A stretch of DNA of 59,502 nucleotides, filler included, from Dugesia japonica (GCA_001938525.1; 5 parts of 5 records of this genome joined end to end with filler, not necessarily neighbours in it), one strand, 5' to 3'. Shown: positions 1 to 12,859, numbered from the whole stretch's first letter. Numbers and translations: made by a program. The notes: generated from the letters alone by a model not told the origin.

Positions 1-261
1 ATTGGAATTTTGATAGATTTCATTTAGTTGATTCGTTAAAATAAATTATGTATATTTTATTAGAATTCATGTGTTTAGTGGAGACTAATGTGTATATATG
101 TTTTTATATCATAAAGTTCAAATCATACGGTTCCATTGGTTTCTTACAACCTATTACTTTACATTTTCATGACCTGAAGAAAAATAATTGTATATATTGC
201 CACTTTTCACTTTGAATTAGAAGGCTTTGCCTATAAGAAAACTCATTTTCTTTGTTATTTC

Positions 262-626
262 TTGCGTCACTTTTTGTTGATCAAAGAAATAGATTCCAAT
301 GATTTATTCACAAAGATATTGAGACATAGTAATGTGACTGTAATATTTATTACTCAAAATTCGTTTCATCAAGGGGTTAGTCAAAGAACCCGCAGTATAA
401 ACGTGCAATATTTAGTTCTATTCAAAAATCTTAGAAATCAGACTGTTGCTAATTTTCTAGCAAGACTAGCATATCAAAATAACAGACAAATTCTGATTGA
501 ATCGTTTCAGGAATGCAACAGAAAAACTACATAGAAATCTATTTCTAGACTTTACACAACAATGTCCAGATGACTATAGAGTAAGAACAGATACATTCAA
601 TCCAAATGGTATCACAGTATATAAAT
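262..626 (+). pseudogene. Maverick A32/FtsK-like packaging ATPase, C-terminal half
   Basis: DLFTKILRHSNVTVIFITQNSFHQG..RTRSINVQYLVLFKN.R, then after a frameshift HRNLFLDFTQQCPDDYRVRTDTF; matches the Maverick ATPase pattern FTKxxHHxNxSVIxITQNLF...LFKNPRD...LLIDxxxxTxxxxRxRT. Confidence 0.85.
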
Positions 627-1070
627 CAGTGTTTCCCAATCTTTTTCGTGCCATGCCTAAGCTTTAAAAATTTTAATATGTCCCCCAAAATATAGAATTT
701 TTTAATTGTTCAATAAATATCTTAAATGATGAACTTTAGTTAAAAATAACAACGAAATTATTAAACAAACATAATAATTCAATCAAACATAAAATATTCA
801 GGTATTCAAATCGAAGTTATCTGTATGCATCTCGGCTACTTCATAATATTATTTCATTGCTCTTATAAACGGAGTCACTCACTGTGAGATATTCAGTAAA
901 AATGACATGAAATATTGAAATGGGTGATAAAAGTTATTTGCACTCCACACAAAATGTTTACAAAGTCTGAGAGATGACTTAGAGTCGAAAAATGGTTAAA
1001 TTTTCATTCTTCAAAAGCTCATTTTTAATTGCCCCTTTGTAGGGCGTACGCCCCACGTTGAGAAACACTG
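627..1070. mobile_element. Non-autonomous hAT MITE inserted in the ATPase 3' end
   Basis: TIRs CAGTGTTTCCCAA / TTGAGAAACACTG; 8-bp target duplication ATATAAAT (619-626) vs ATATAAAC (1071-1078). Confidence 0.85.
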
Positions 1071-1370
1071 ATATAAACAAAATAGGTTATTTTACCCAAT
1101 ATTATAAAATGGCAAATTAAAGAAATTTGTAGTTGATGGAGTAACTGATGGTATTGTTAAACGCTAAAAAATATCTTTTGAGAAGAAAATGTATTGAAAG
1201 AAGAAAGAAAATCGCATAAAAAACAACATGTTAATAAGAAGCAACGAATAAATAAAAGGAATATGTTTAAAAAACTTGCAAAAACAAGTGGAATGAAGCT
1301 GAGAATGATGAACAGAAAAAATATATTATTATAAAAAAATAAATGGTGTGTATTATTTTAATAAGTAAAG

Positions 1371-1758
1371 ATGAAACTACAAAGAAGTATTCCGTTTTTT
1401 ACAAGTTTGATTAAATCATCAAAACGGTTTAGAATGAGAATTTTAAAATCATTTCCACCATATGCTATAGATGATTTATTTGAAATTATTATATATATTG
1501 TCCGTGATAATGCAGATATGAGTGCCAACAAATGAAAACATTAAAAAAACATAAAAAACTTTATTAACGCTTATAAACACAAAAAATAGAAAATCAATGA
1601 GACGAGTAATGAATAATCAAGGAAATGGTTTTATAGCAGCATTGCCACCAATTGCATTAGCTGCATTAAACCTAACTCAAATAAAATACACAATGGCTGA
1701 CTTAATAGCAGCATTATTAATAATTACAATAGAATTAACTCAAATGAAAAATGGATGA
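1371..1758 (+). pseudogene. Maverick small basic core-like protein (QxGGF-type)
   Basis: Frameshifted MKLQRSIPF..RILKSFPPYAIDDLFEII..LKKHKK..RRVMNNQGNGFIAALPPIAL. Confidence 0.65.
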
Positions 1759-1821
1759 ATTGCAATGATTACCTAATGTTAATACGAAATTGACATCAAA
1801 CTGTTGTAATGGAGAAAAAAA

Positions 1822-2150
1822 ATGAAGACAATATAGACAGATCCAAAAACCCAGCAGGTTTTCGAGGTGTAGAAAAATTAATAAAAAGAGCTCAAAAAAC
1901 GAAAAAAAAAGACGAAAAAGTAGTTATATGATCATTTAGCGTACAGTCTGAACAAGCTAATGTTGAAAAGACTTCCAACAAGAGCATATAAAACATATAG
2001 TATTGATGACTTGTGACAAATGAACCTATTAGAAATGATTGAATATTCAAAATTAATAAAGGTTACAAGTATATGCTACCATGTCTTCAATCGATTTGCA
2101 AGATTTTATCCGATTAAATCAAAGGAACTAGAAAGAATAAACAATACTAT
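1822..2150 (+). pseudogene. Maverick retroviral-like (rve) integrase, N-terminal fragment
   Basis: DPKNPAGFRGVEKL...AYSLNK..KRLPTRAYKTYSIDDL*QMNLLEM..YSK.NKGYKYML; resembles YxDPxxPxxFxG...YTLHK...IDDxWQxDLxDM...NxGYKY; truncated before the second catalytic D. Confidence 0.85.
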
Positions 2151-2229
2151 GTAAAATGATATGAATATGAAAACCAAGTGGGATAGTAGCAACACTAACA
2201 ACCAATCAAGACAAAATTTCAGATAAAAA

Positions 2230-3320
2230 ATAATTTCTATACGCTATTATCTAGTAATATTAGTCCACTAGTTCATCCAAATAATACTGCTAGTAATTAC
2301 ATTATTGAGCTTCAAAATTCAATTAAAATGGATGGTAGTTGAGAAGTTGCCATAATGGATTTCACCACTGTATATTAAGCCATGCCGATTTACAGTCAAT
2401 ATAGGATTGTGTATAAAATACTTAAACTAATTGAGAAGGAACTAACAATTGTTGTTAACCATAAAGAAAAACAGTTCTTTTCACTGCTATTAGTAAAGAA
2501 AAATATCAAAATAATAATGAAACACTTATACAATTAAAGAACGAAAATATGATATTCTTTAGTAGTGATATTAAATTCCATAGTCTATCGTTTGATACTT
2601 TAGAAAATCTGGAAAGATTTTCGTACGATAGAGCTAAAGTAACACAATCGGGTAATATTGTAAATCTTGATACTAGTAAACATATTGGTGATAAAACTTT
2701 TACTATTCGCTTTCATACCTTTAAAAACGATGATTGCGTTGAACAAATAAATAGTTAATATTATTATGGGATTGTAACTAAACATTATTTTCAAATTGAA
2801 ACTAATTTGCATATATAATATTTAAAACAATTAAATTATTATATTAAGAAAGCCCTTTCAATGTTTTTTAAAAAGTTTTCATTAAAGCAAGATAAAATAT
2901 TTAAATTTGTACTGTCAAATAAAACTAATTGGGTTAAATTCGAAAAGATCTTAACAAAATCATTAGTATTAAAAGAATTGCAATATACTCGATTACATAT
3001 TGGTAATGAACAACTACAATATGAAAGTATCAAGAAACCTAGAATATTAAAGTGTTTTAATGAAATGTTCGTCTATTGTAGTATCGTTGAACGTATAATT
3101 GTAGGGGATGTTAATGTTCCTTTATTGAAAGCAGTATAGATAGAACAACAGGAGGATGATGACATAGTTCAAATAATTATTGATCATCTAATGTATTTGC
3201 CTATTTTTTCATCATATATTATTAATATAGAAATTAATATACGTGATGATAGTGAAAAACTAATCAACTATGATGAAGGCTCAAAAACTCATTTAGCGTT
3301 ACATTTTTTAAAAATTAATA
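2230..3320 (+). pseudogene. Maverick minor capsid (penton/PX) protein
   Basis: N-term NFYTLLSSNISPLVHPNNTASNY..L.NSIKMDGS*EVAIMDF; C-term MFVYCSIVERIIVGDVNVPLLKAV...MYLP...IEINIRDDS.KLIN.....THLALHF. Confidence 0.85.
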
Positions 3321-3734
3321 ATGCATCCTAATATTGTATCATTGCATAGTATTAGTAATGCAGGTAGAGAAATACCTTATTTTATTTGTATATTGTATGG
3401 ATCTGGTTGGTTACGAAAAATATGTAGATTTGCTTTACCTATTTTTTAACGTATTGGTTCTTTTTGTATGAAAACAGCTCAAGACGTACTAGCTAATGAC
3501 AAGAAAATATTACCTACATTGAAATCAAATGCATTAGCAGAACTTGAATATGTAGTTTCTTCCTTACTTAGTGAAGTTAGCAGTATGTTTCCAAAAGTAA
3601 CAAGTATATTACCGCAAAGCATAACAAATAAAATGCCACCTGAAATAACTAATATGCTAAAAAATCAACCCAAAACAAAACCAAATAATAACCAACTTTC
3701 CTATGAATTCGATTTCAGAACCACGAAGCAATGA
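3321..3734 (+). pseudogene. Maverick PW-like small protein
   Basis: IPYF...YGSGWLRKICRFALPIF*RIGSFCMKTAQDVL; typical position between penton and PZ. Confidence 0.6.
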
Positions 3735-4108
3735 AGAGTTTTTAATAAATGGATGTAAAACAGAAAATTTGGATTTGAATGATACTTTATTGTATATTAA
3801 AGTGAAGGTAATTAATTAAAATGGTAAAGATATAGCTGACATTCATGAAGTTGTTCCTAGTAATATTATGTTGCATACACTAATTCTTTTGTAATGTAAT
3901 TCTTTTGTTTAATAATTTCAAAATTGAAGGTGGAAATGGATCTTATCTTCACAAAGCATTGATTGTTACTATAATAAATTATAATTGTGATAGTAAGAAT
4001 ATATGTCTTACAGCAATGGAGTATGGATCAGATGCAAATAAAAACAAGTCTATTAAAACATCAAAACAATTATTTTTATGTAGTTCATTAAACTTTTATG
4101 ATTTTTGA
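3690..4108 (+). pseudogene. Maverick PZ-like protein, N-terminal fragment
   Basis: EFLING.KTENLDLNDTLLYIKVKV...VVPSNIMLHTL...GSYLHKALIVTIINYNCDSK; resembles EF..G..YLDLxxTxLYVKxKI...PVNNxLHSLF...YxYRAxIETLLNY. Confidence 0.8.
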
Positions 4109-4261
4109 AGAAAATGTCTGTTTTTATGATTTTGTAAAGAAAAGTCTCTAGCTAATATGTTTTTAAATGAATCGTTACACACTTATAAATTATTTTTAAA
4201 ACAATTTTTATACTTATGATTTCTTATAGAAAACGTACATGCTTTTAAATTAATTAATTTT

Positions 4262-5231
4262 AATTAACTTATTTAAATTTAGGACTGCGTGGGACATGTA
4301 CAAAAATATCAAGACTGTCCAATCTCTTGCAAAAATATCAAAATTTCCCTCATATTCTGCGAAAATATAAAAACTACCCCATCCCATACATAAATATAAA
4401 GTCTGCAAAAATACACCTATTTTACACAACCAATATTTTCAATTATTTCTAATTTTTCATTAAAATTCATCCTTTTATGCAAAACTAATTTAAACACACA
4501 CTGCACAGAAAGATTTCATTTAAATCTTTTTAAATCCGATGATTAACTTTTTTTCAATATAAATTACTTTCACCTCCAAAAAACGTTTTTATTTATGATA
4601 ACAAACATCAACCAATAAAATTTGACTAAAAAAATCAGAAATCAAAGCACAATCGACCAACACTATCCTCCACATTACATTATATTTCCAAAAACCCTTC
4701 ACCCGCCAAACTACCAACAAACCTATCAAGCCTAAAAAATCAACCCACGATAACTCATACAACTGTACTCATGCACTATCACAGTTGTAGAACAAACCAT
4801 TCATCCTACCCCATCAGTTCTTTAGACAATGCATGAACAAAATTTCAGTCCTGACACACCCATATCATAATAAACCCCAATAAATTAACCCAAGATCTCG
4901 ACTCCTCACTCGAGTCCGATTTCACTCTTACACACACATACCACATAAATTGACCTATTTTAAATTAACACCCTCAACCTCCGAAACACACACAAATATT
5001 TAAAATTAAAAATACACACACTTAAAGGATCAAAAAAATAACGATCCAAATAAAAAAATGATCCGATCAAAATCATTTTCATCACAAAAATCTTTTTAAA
5101 AAAAACAAGCACAAAAATACCATCACAAAGAAACCAGCAACCTGTTGCTGGTATCTAACCAGATACCTAACCTGTTATCAAGCCTTCGGGATTTCCAAAT
5201 TGTGACCGTGCTATACTATTCACCTACTACT
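4262..5231 (-). repeat. Maverick terminal inverted repeat (right end), TIR family 1
   Basis: AAAATATCAAGACTG-type short repeats, then block shared with 36200-36760 and inverted at 11620-12110 (CCCACGATAACTCATAC, GATCCGATCAAAA); ends CTACTACT. Confidence 0.75.
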
Positions 5232-5299
5232 TTATGATCTGGACGATTGCGAGAAATGTTTTCTTTAAGCTGTGCGTAATATTCTTCAATTTTCTTTGA

Positions 5300-6880
5300 A
5301 AATGCCATCTATTCTATTTTCTATGTCATAGAGAACTTTAATATCAAGACAAGTCTTTCAAAAAATGAAAATTTGGTTTCTCATGAGGTCATCCGAGGAT
5401 TCAAGTATTGATCTAAGAATATTGTTGTGTTTGGTACAACAATCGCTTTTGTGAGATCAATTTAGCAGGTTGTCTCTATTAGTTTAGTGGTTTATTTTTT
5501 GCACAAGACGAAAAAGAGATAGTTAGTAAAGGCATTCGAACAATGAACTAACTTTAGAATAGTTTTCTTCTTTACCAGGTTTTGGAATCATGATTAAAAA
5601 TGCCATCTATTCTATTTTATATGTCATAGAGAGCTTTAATATCAAGCTGATTCTTTCAAAAAATGAAAATTTGGTTTCTCATGAGCTATTGTGGTATAAA
5701 TATAATTGAGGATAGCATTGTTCATGTTAATAGGGAAAGTCTTGTTGTTTGGACAGCAGTGAAAAATGTCGAGTTGCGTTTCAGAAAACGATTTTCTATT
5801 TTCTTCACTTTTACTAAGGTAATCATTTACTGGACGAGAGTTTGTCTTGGCAGCATGAATGAATTTCCAATCAACAGTGGTGATCTAGCTATTGTTGAGA
5901 ATTTTGTTAGTGGTTTAACAAATATAAAGTTAAGCAGCTGAATATTCACCCATTTTCTGTTCAGTCCAAGTGTTGTAGCTGCTTTGACATATAAATTCGT
6001 ATAATTGTTTGGAGATGATACATATAATGGATTGTTTCATAAGTATTGAATTGTCTTTACCATTAATTTCAAGACAAATGACATTTTCATTAAGTTTTAA
6101 AATGATACAGATGTTGCAATGTTTTTACAGATGTCTAATATTGGATCTAATATCTGATTTTGGTTTTCGTTGTAAATAAATGTAATTCCGCTCAATCCAG
6201 TTAGATGCATTAATCCAGTTAACCATTTATTGGAGGAATGTGTGACTTTCCTTGTAGTAACATGTAGTCTGCATAAGTAACATGTAGTCTACATACGCTA
6301 GGCATTTTACATTATGGCCGGCCATAGAAATCTCACGGTATTTGATTTCATTAAATGCATTGAAAACTGCATCCAAACCAATTTTGAAGAGTAGCATTGA
6401 GAAAGGACAGCCTTAACAGACTCCACACATGTTGTGAATAAAGAAGATAATATAGATGAACATAGTTGATAATATTGAAGCAGACATAATAGGAGTAAAG
6501 TTCAAAAATATTTTTTTGAAAATGCATGCCGATGGCGCCTAAGATGTGCTTAAAATGCCAAAAAAGTCTGATATATCAAGGAAAGAAATGCGTATATTGT
6601 TGTCATGTTTCTTATTGATTGATCATAAAATTAATCTAAAATATTAATCTAAGTATTGATCTAAGAATATAGTTGTAATTGGAACAACAATCGCTTTTGT
6701 GAGATCAATTTAGCAGGTTGTCTCTATTAGTTTAGTGGTTTATTTTTTGCACAAGACGAAAAATAGATAGTTAGTAAAGGCATTCGAATAATTTGCTAAC
6801 TTAAGATTAGTTTTCTTCTTTACCAGGTTTTGAAATCATCATTGTAACGTACTCTTTCCATCTATTTGGAGTTTGGCAAG
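5300..6880 (-). pseudogene. Non-LTR retrotransposon reverse transcriptase remnant with internal duplication
   Basis: Minus strand MISKPGKE, ISFLDISDFF, CGVC*GCPFSMLLF (GVRQGCPLSxLLF-like); direct repeats 5403-5590/6651-6840 and 5302-5388/5599-5685. Confidence 0.7.
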
Positions 6881-7104
6881 TTTTTAGAATCTAATTGAAT
6901 TCTGGATATTACAGATTCTGGCATATTCTGGATNNNNNNNNNNNNNNNNNNNNNNNNNNNTTACAGATTCTCGGCATTCTGGATATTACAGAATTTTATA
7001 CCATTGTAAGATATATTGCTAATTACTGGGCTGCTCTTACTTAATGAAAATATTACTAATATTAGTCTTAATACAAATATTATTAATATTAGTCTTGATG
7101 CAAT

Positions 7105-7208
7105 TCCTAATACAAATACTAATACAAATACAAATACAAATACTAATACAAATACTAATACAAATATTAATACAAATACTAATACAATTATTAATACAAT
7201 AATACAAT
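7105..7208. repeat. Hexamer microsatellite (AATACA/AATACT)n
   Basis: Visible tandem units; gives the spurious NTNTNT ORF. Confidence 0.9.
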
Positions 7209-7543
7209 TTTATGTGAACACATTTTATTTCGTCCTAATAAGTCAGATAAACAATAAGTATCTTCTATAATTTTTGAAAAGATTTTTAATTTAAATGTTT
7301 AGAAAAATGAAATATTCAACCTAATGTTATGAAGATTGAAAATAGTTGTATTATGAAAATTAAAACCGGTTAGTTTTGTTAAATTTAAAATTTTAATTGA
7401 TTTTGGTAATGTGTTACTTATGAATTTTGGTTTAAAGTCAAATAATATGAATGATGCTCCAAATATCACAAATTAAAATTAAATTAAAATTACAATTAAA
7501 ATTACAATTAAAAATTTATTATAAATAAAACAATGACATAAAA

Positions 7544-8425
7544 TCATGAAGTAAATATATTATATGGATTGCTTATTAAAGAAAAACATTTTTCTTTTTT
7601 GAGAATAAATTCATTGGATTTTGTTTTTAATACTAACTCCTTAGCTTTAGATGGTTTTACATTTTTACTTTCGACATTCTCAGATATTTGATGAATTTGT
7701 TCATTTTCATGATCTATTTGATTGACATTATGCAGTAATTGATTTGAATTTTTATCAGTTTTCAACTGAGTCTCAAATTCAAAACTTTTGACTGTCAATG
7801 ATTTTGTTTGGAGTTTACAATCTGAATTATAAGGAGTTTTCAGTTGAGTTTGTGGTTTTTTTCTTAACGTTTTCAGCCTTTTATCTTTTTTTAATTGTTT
7901 TTTATATTTTTTTTCTTCGGTAGTTTTTTTAGGTCTCCCTTTTTTATTGCACTGAAAATCTTGAATAAGATCACCGTATGTATCAGAAAAGAAAAAAGGT
8001 CTATTGTGAATATAAGTTTCAATTGTTTCATTGGAATGCAATAAATGTTCTTTTTCATTAGACAAATGATCATTTTTCTTAGGACTTGGTTCAGAAGATC
8101 TTTTATCGAATAGATCGAGATAACTTTCATTACATGAAAATTGACTATTAATTAGATTTTGATTCATAATTTTGATATTTTGGTTGTTTTTATATTGACT
8201 GTTTGGAAATTTTTGAATCTGATTTTCTGAAGTATTTAATACTTTGATATTGTCAGTGTTTTGAAAATTATCTAATTCTTCACTTGGAATCGGAACACCA
8301 TATGGCTTACCTGTTTTTGGTTGGTACACTTGGCAAAGAATATTATTTATTAACATAATTTCATAATTCATTTTGATAAACTTTAGTTTTGATGAGTATC
8401 GTATGTAAATTGAAATAATTTGCAT
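7544..8425 (-). CDS. Orphan Lys/Asn/Gln-rich protein with AT-hook-like KKGRPKK and a basic NLS-like tract
   Basis: Longest ORF in the window (882 bp, no stop) in very AT-rich DNA; no family recognised; start may be the second Met (MNYEIM). Confidence 0.5.
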   Translation of the reverse strand: MQIISIYIRYSSKLKFIKMNYEIMLINNILCQVYQPKTGKPYGVPIPSEELDNFQNTDNIKVLNTSENQIQKFPNSQYKNNQNIKIMNQNLINSQFSCNESYLDLFDKRSSEPSPKKNDHLSNEKEHLLHSNETIETYIHNRPFFFSDTYGDLIQDFQCNKKGRPKKTTEEKKYKKQLKKDKRLKTLRKKPQTQLKTPYNSDCKLQTKSLTVKSFEFETQLKTDKNSNQLLHNVNQIDHENEQIHQISENVESKNVKPSKAKELVLKTKSNEFILKKEKCFSLISNPYNIFTS

Positions 8426-8730
8426 TAAATTATTTTTAACTGTAAATTTATTGGATAATTTTTTTATAATAAATATAATTAAATTTATTTAAAAGTGAGA
8501 TACGTAATTATTTTACTTATAATTTCTTTGTAAATATTTATAACAAATTTTTGTAATTTTATATTTAAAATATTACAAATTTTTTTATATTTAATTATAA
8601 TATATTGTCCATTATATTTCAAATTATTCCATGAAAATGAATAAAAGTTATTTTAATATCAAAATTATTTTAATTTGTTGATTTTTTATTTAGAAATGAA
8701 TTTAATTAGAAAATATGAATTAATGATGAA

Positions 8731-8955
8731 TTTTACAATTGCAATTATTGCGAGAATAATTGCTTGACTTAACCATTAATCGTATTTGAGATTTCATTAA
8801 ATTAAAAGCTTCGATGAAATTTTTTTGTTTTAGATAGTATTTCGAATTTTCGAATTTGTCTTCCTCTAGAATTGACTGTTGACACAGACAATGTCAAAAA
8901 TACGAAATATTATCAAAAACGTAAAATATTTTGATCGAAGCTTTTATTTTAATGA
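8731..8955 (-). mobile_element. Fold-back repeat (probable Penelope-like 3' end/pLTR), copy 1
   Basis: Inverted arms AAAAGCTTCGAT.AAA / TTTTGATCGAAGCTTTT plus tail TTTTACAATTGCAATTATTGCGAGAA shared with 40612, 47030, 54686 and 58605. Confidence 0.7.
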
Positions 8956-9489
8956 TAATGAAGAATTATTTTAATTTCATTTGATATATTTTATTTCAAA
9001 AAAAGAATTTTCAATTAGAACTGCTCCAAATATAATCCATAATCGATTTAGATCCATTTAGAAATTTTTTTAAATATAAAAAATTTATATTTTTATATAA
9101 ATATTTAAATAATAAAATTATAATATTTTTTCACTATTCATTCAAACCTAAGTAGAAAAATAAAGATTTTTTCTTTCTTTGAAATTAAATTAATTTAAAA
9201 AATAATTTGAATTAAATTATTTAGAATATGAAGAAAAAGTTTTTAATTTTTTTTTTAATTTTGAAAATCTATTTTTTAAAAATCGAATTTTTAAATGCTG
9301 ATTTTTTAACAATATTAAAATACATTAATTTAAAATTATCTGATAAAATTGTTTTAAATTTCCAAATTATTTAAATTAGTTTTTTTAAAAGAAAAATGAA
9401 TATAAATCGATAATTTATTTTTATAATGTTAAATGCATTTGGTTTATTATTTTTTCATAAGATCGATAAAATTGAAAAAGTGTAATGTA

Positions 9490-10338
9490 ACTGTTAGTAA
9501 GATACGGAATTTATTTGCAAAATTTTTGTATGGAGCAATCTTATAATAATGTATTTAATATATCAGGAATTTTTACTAGAACTCAATAAATAAGTCAATA
9601 AATCATCTGACTATGTGCACCATATTGTCAGAATTTGATTAGTGAATGCGCTACAAAATGCTGTTTTAAAGCTACAAAATTATTTCTTTTCGCCCAGCTT
9701 TATCTAGCCGTTAGGAAATATTAAAATGTCGATTACATGTAAAATGTAAGATACCAAAAAAACTGTGCATCCCTCAATGATCAGAACGTGCAGAATCAGT
9801 TTATCCTTTAGTTGTTGGATATGAATATTTTAAACATGCACTTAATGATATATCAACAAATGTAACACAAAAATGTTTCATTACAATTGAAGCAGAAGAT
9901 TTGGAAAAGCAGTTCAATTCTCTCGAAAACGCTTTTTTAATTTCATTTTGGAATAATATTTTGAAAACTATGAATAAAACTAATATTAGCCTCGAGAAAA
10001 TTGAAATTGAAACCGTGAGTAGTTTATACAGTTCATTGAAAGAATAAATTGAAGAACTTCAGAATATATAGATTCATTTAATCATTACAAAAGAAAGGAA
10101 AAGACCCATCGAGATGTTTTTAGTTTAAAACTGGAAAATCTGTTAAAAATCAGTTCTTTGAAAAGATATCAGTCGATACACAATAACGAATAAATACTTT
10201 TTATTTTAATATTGATAAACTTTTGAAAGAAATACCAAACGGAAATCTGTATATGAACACATTACCAATAAATTTGAAATTTTAATGAATTTAAAAACCT
10301 ATTTTATATGTAGATTACCCATATGATCTTGAAAAGGT
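9490..10338 (+). pseudogene. hAT transposase remnant (Tip100/Zaphod-like)
   Basis: EQSYNNVFNISG (GQSYDNAxNMSG), CAPYCQNLI (CxAHxLNL), LENAFLISFWNNILKTMNKTNISLE, RINTFYFNIDKLL. Confidence 0.75.
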
Positions 10339-10438
10339 NNNNNNNNNNNNNNNNNNNNNNNNNNNNNNNNNNNNNNNNNNNNTTAATTAATTAANNNNNN
10401 NNNNNNNNNNNNNNNNNNNNNNNNNNNNNNNNNNNNNN
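10339..10438. other. Artificial contig linker
   Basis: 44 N + TTAATTAATTAA (stops in all six frames) + 44 N. Confidence 0.95.

Positions 10439-10491
<53 letters not shown>
10439..10491. repeat. (TTA)n microsatellite
   Basis: Perfect trinucleotide run; similar runs at 13777-13842, 14588-14764 and 22889-23058. Confidence 0.95.
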
Positions 10492-10494
<3 letters not shown>

Positions 10495-11545
10495 ATTGAT
10501 AATATTAAATTTTACTCCTTGTATCTTATACACATTTTTGGAGAATTTTAAAGAAAATAATAATAGTTATACTTTTTCTTAAATGCAGTAAAGAAAGGGC
10601 TGACAGACGTCCATAAATAAAATGATGTGTGAATACCAAAAGATTAAAATTAATCGAATTTTCTGATTTGTAATTAGTAAAGAAAATCTCAAATTTGAAA
10701 GGAAAGTATTATTTTCAACTATAAATCTTTTTTTATATAATTATATGTGAAATTGCTGATAAATATTTACATAGAAATATTTTTCATCAAATATTTTCTT
10801 TTAGATAAAGAATTATTTTAATTTTATTCTCAAATATTATTGAAAATATTATGTTCTGTTATAACAAACAAAATAAAGAGAAGTTTCCATAAATCATCAC
10901 TCGGGAAAGTTGGATGATTTTCTATGTGCATCAGATCCATGTTTTTTCTTCATTTCTCACTGGTATTTGAATAATAAAATAATATTTTCATTTAATTAGC
11001 TTATTGATATCTTAATGGAAAATTTCAAACCTGATTCAAATCATATTTTCAATGACTTACAAGCAGTATTTGATGGGAAAGTAGTGAACTGGACCACTTT
11101 TTCTCCCTCTCCCCGAGGATGAGTGATGTAACGAAAACTAATCTCTGTGTATTTAGTTAATAATTTAAAAAAATGACATCATATTAGGTAGGATTACGAA
11201 ATAGCATTAAGTGGCCTAATACTTTTAGGGTTTTTGTTGGGATAATGTTTTACCGAAAAACGGGTAAAAATCTCCAATATTTTGGCCAATTCTATCGAAA
11301 CTTTCCTCGGTGAGGTTGAATCTTGTAAATTTTGTTAAGTCTTAGATAAATTTGGTTGATAATTTACTCGGTGAGATTGAATCTTGTTAAACTTGTTGGG
11401 TTTTATCTGAAAATGGTTGATAATTACCTCAATCAGGTCAAATTTGGTTCATTATAATTCATTTTCAATTTTAAAAGCTTAAATTTTTACTTATTATTTA
11501 AAATATTTAAACTTATTGTATTTTAAACTTATAATTAATGTTTTA

Positions 11546-12500
11546 AGTAGGTAGATAGTAATGCACAAGCACAATTTGGGACCCACCTGAGGGGCTCGAT
11601 AACTTATTAGAATAGTGCTGCTATTTTTGAGCTTCTTTTTTTATGATTTTTGGGATCAAAAAAAAATTTTGATCAGATCATTTTTTTGATCTGTGTCGTA
11701 TTTCTTTGATCCTGAGTGTGTGTTGGTGAGATTTTTCAAAAATTGTTTTGTGTGTTTGGAAAGTACTTGTGTTAATTTAAAGTAGGTCAAATTGAGGTGG
11801 TGTATGTTCAAGAGTGAAATTGGACTCGAGGGATGTGTAAAGATCTTCATTTTAATTTTTTTGTTGGTTTTAAATGAGTGTGTTGGAAATAAAATATTGG
11901 CTATATATTGTTTAAAAGACATATGTGATAGGATGTAGGCTTTCGCTTACAAGGGGTAGTAGTTCACAAGCACAATCGTATGAGTTATCGCGTGTTGATA
12001 TTTGGGAGGGTGTAGTGGTGTGGCTAGTTTATAAATTTTGGTGGATGATAGGTTGTTGGAAAGGTGATGTGATGAGTAAGATTGTGGTGGTTAATTGTGC
12101 TTTCTGATTTTTTATGCAAGGGAAAGGTATATTGATAGAAAGTGAATTAATTATCAGTGATTATAAGATTTAAATGACATTTTTACGTGGGGTGTAATAA
12201 TTTTTTGAAAAGTTGATTTTAATTAAAATAATGAGTTATAATGAAAAATGCTAAATTAAATGAAAATATTAGTTTATGTAAAAATAAATGTAATTTTTAG
12301 TAGACTTTATTCTTATGTATGGGATGAGGTAGTCTTTATATTTTTGCACAAGATGAGGGCAGTCGTGATATTTTTGGAGGAAATTTAAAAAATATTTTTT
12401 GGCAGGAACTTTAAAACTTTTTTTTGAGCAGACTTTATATTTATGTATGAGATGGGATAATCGCTGTATTTTCCATGAGGTGGGGCAGTCTAAAATTTCT
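11546..12500 (+). repeat. Maverick terminal inverted repeat (left end), TIR family 1
   Basis: Starts AGTAGGTAGATAGT; reverse-complement homologue of 4262-5130 and 35520-36864; CAGTC repeats on the inner side. Confidence 0.8.
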
Positions 12501-12859
12501 GTGTTGCTTTTTATTGTATTAATAAATGCTATTTAATCAAACTCTTTATTTTATTTTAAACATATAGTCTTTTATTTAGACATGTTTTTAAATTATAAAT
12601 CTTTTTTTTAATTACTTTCTTTAATTGTTGGTAATATTTTAAGTTCTGGTACAAAATAATTTTTATCAATATTTTCTAACAATTCTTTTATAATAAGGTC
12701 CAAATAAATTATTTATAAACATTTAAATTAATTTTGTTTATATTTAAAATAACTAATGTCATCAAGTATAATTCATGCACGCGTCATGTACAATGTTTGT
12801 TTACAATACGTTTATAAAATAAAACTTAATAAATAATAAATCTAATAATAATAACCAAG

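Larger units (their letters stand above)
262..5231 (+). mobile_element. Degenerate Maverick/Polinton element A (right part): ATPase, core-like protein, integrase, penton, PW-like, PZ-like, right TIR
   Basis: Six co-oriented recognisable Maverick gene remnants followed by a ~1 kb repeat-family block ending in ...CACCTACTACT. Confidence 0.88.

Noticed and set aside
5403-6840. LTR pair around RT
   Set aside because: Repeat translates as RT sequence; no TG..CA ends, PBS or TSD
11656-12107. ORFs in TIR copies (also 36208-36426, 36582-36815, 20932-21156) sharing AQSYELS
   Set aside because: Similarity reflects the non-coding repeat; frame is not preserved in the 4.7-kb copy
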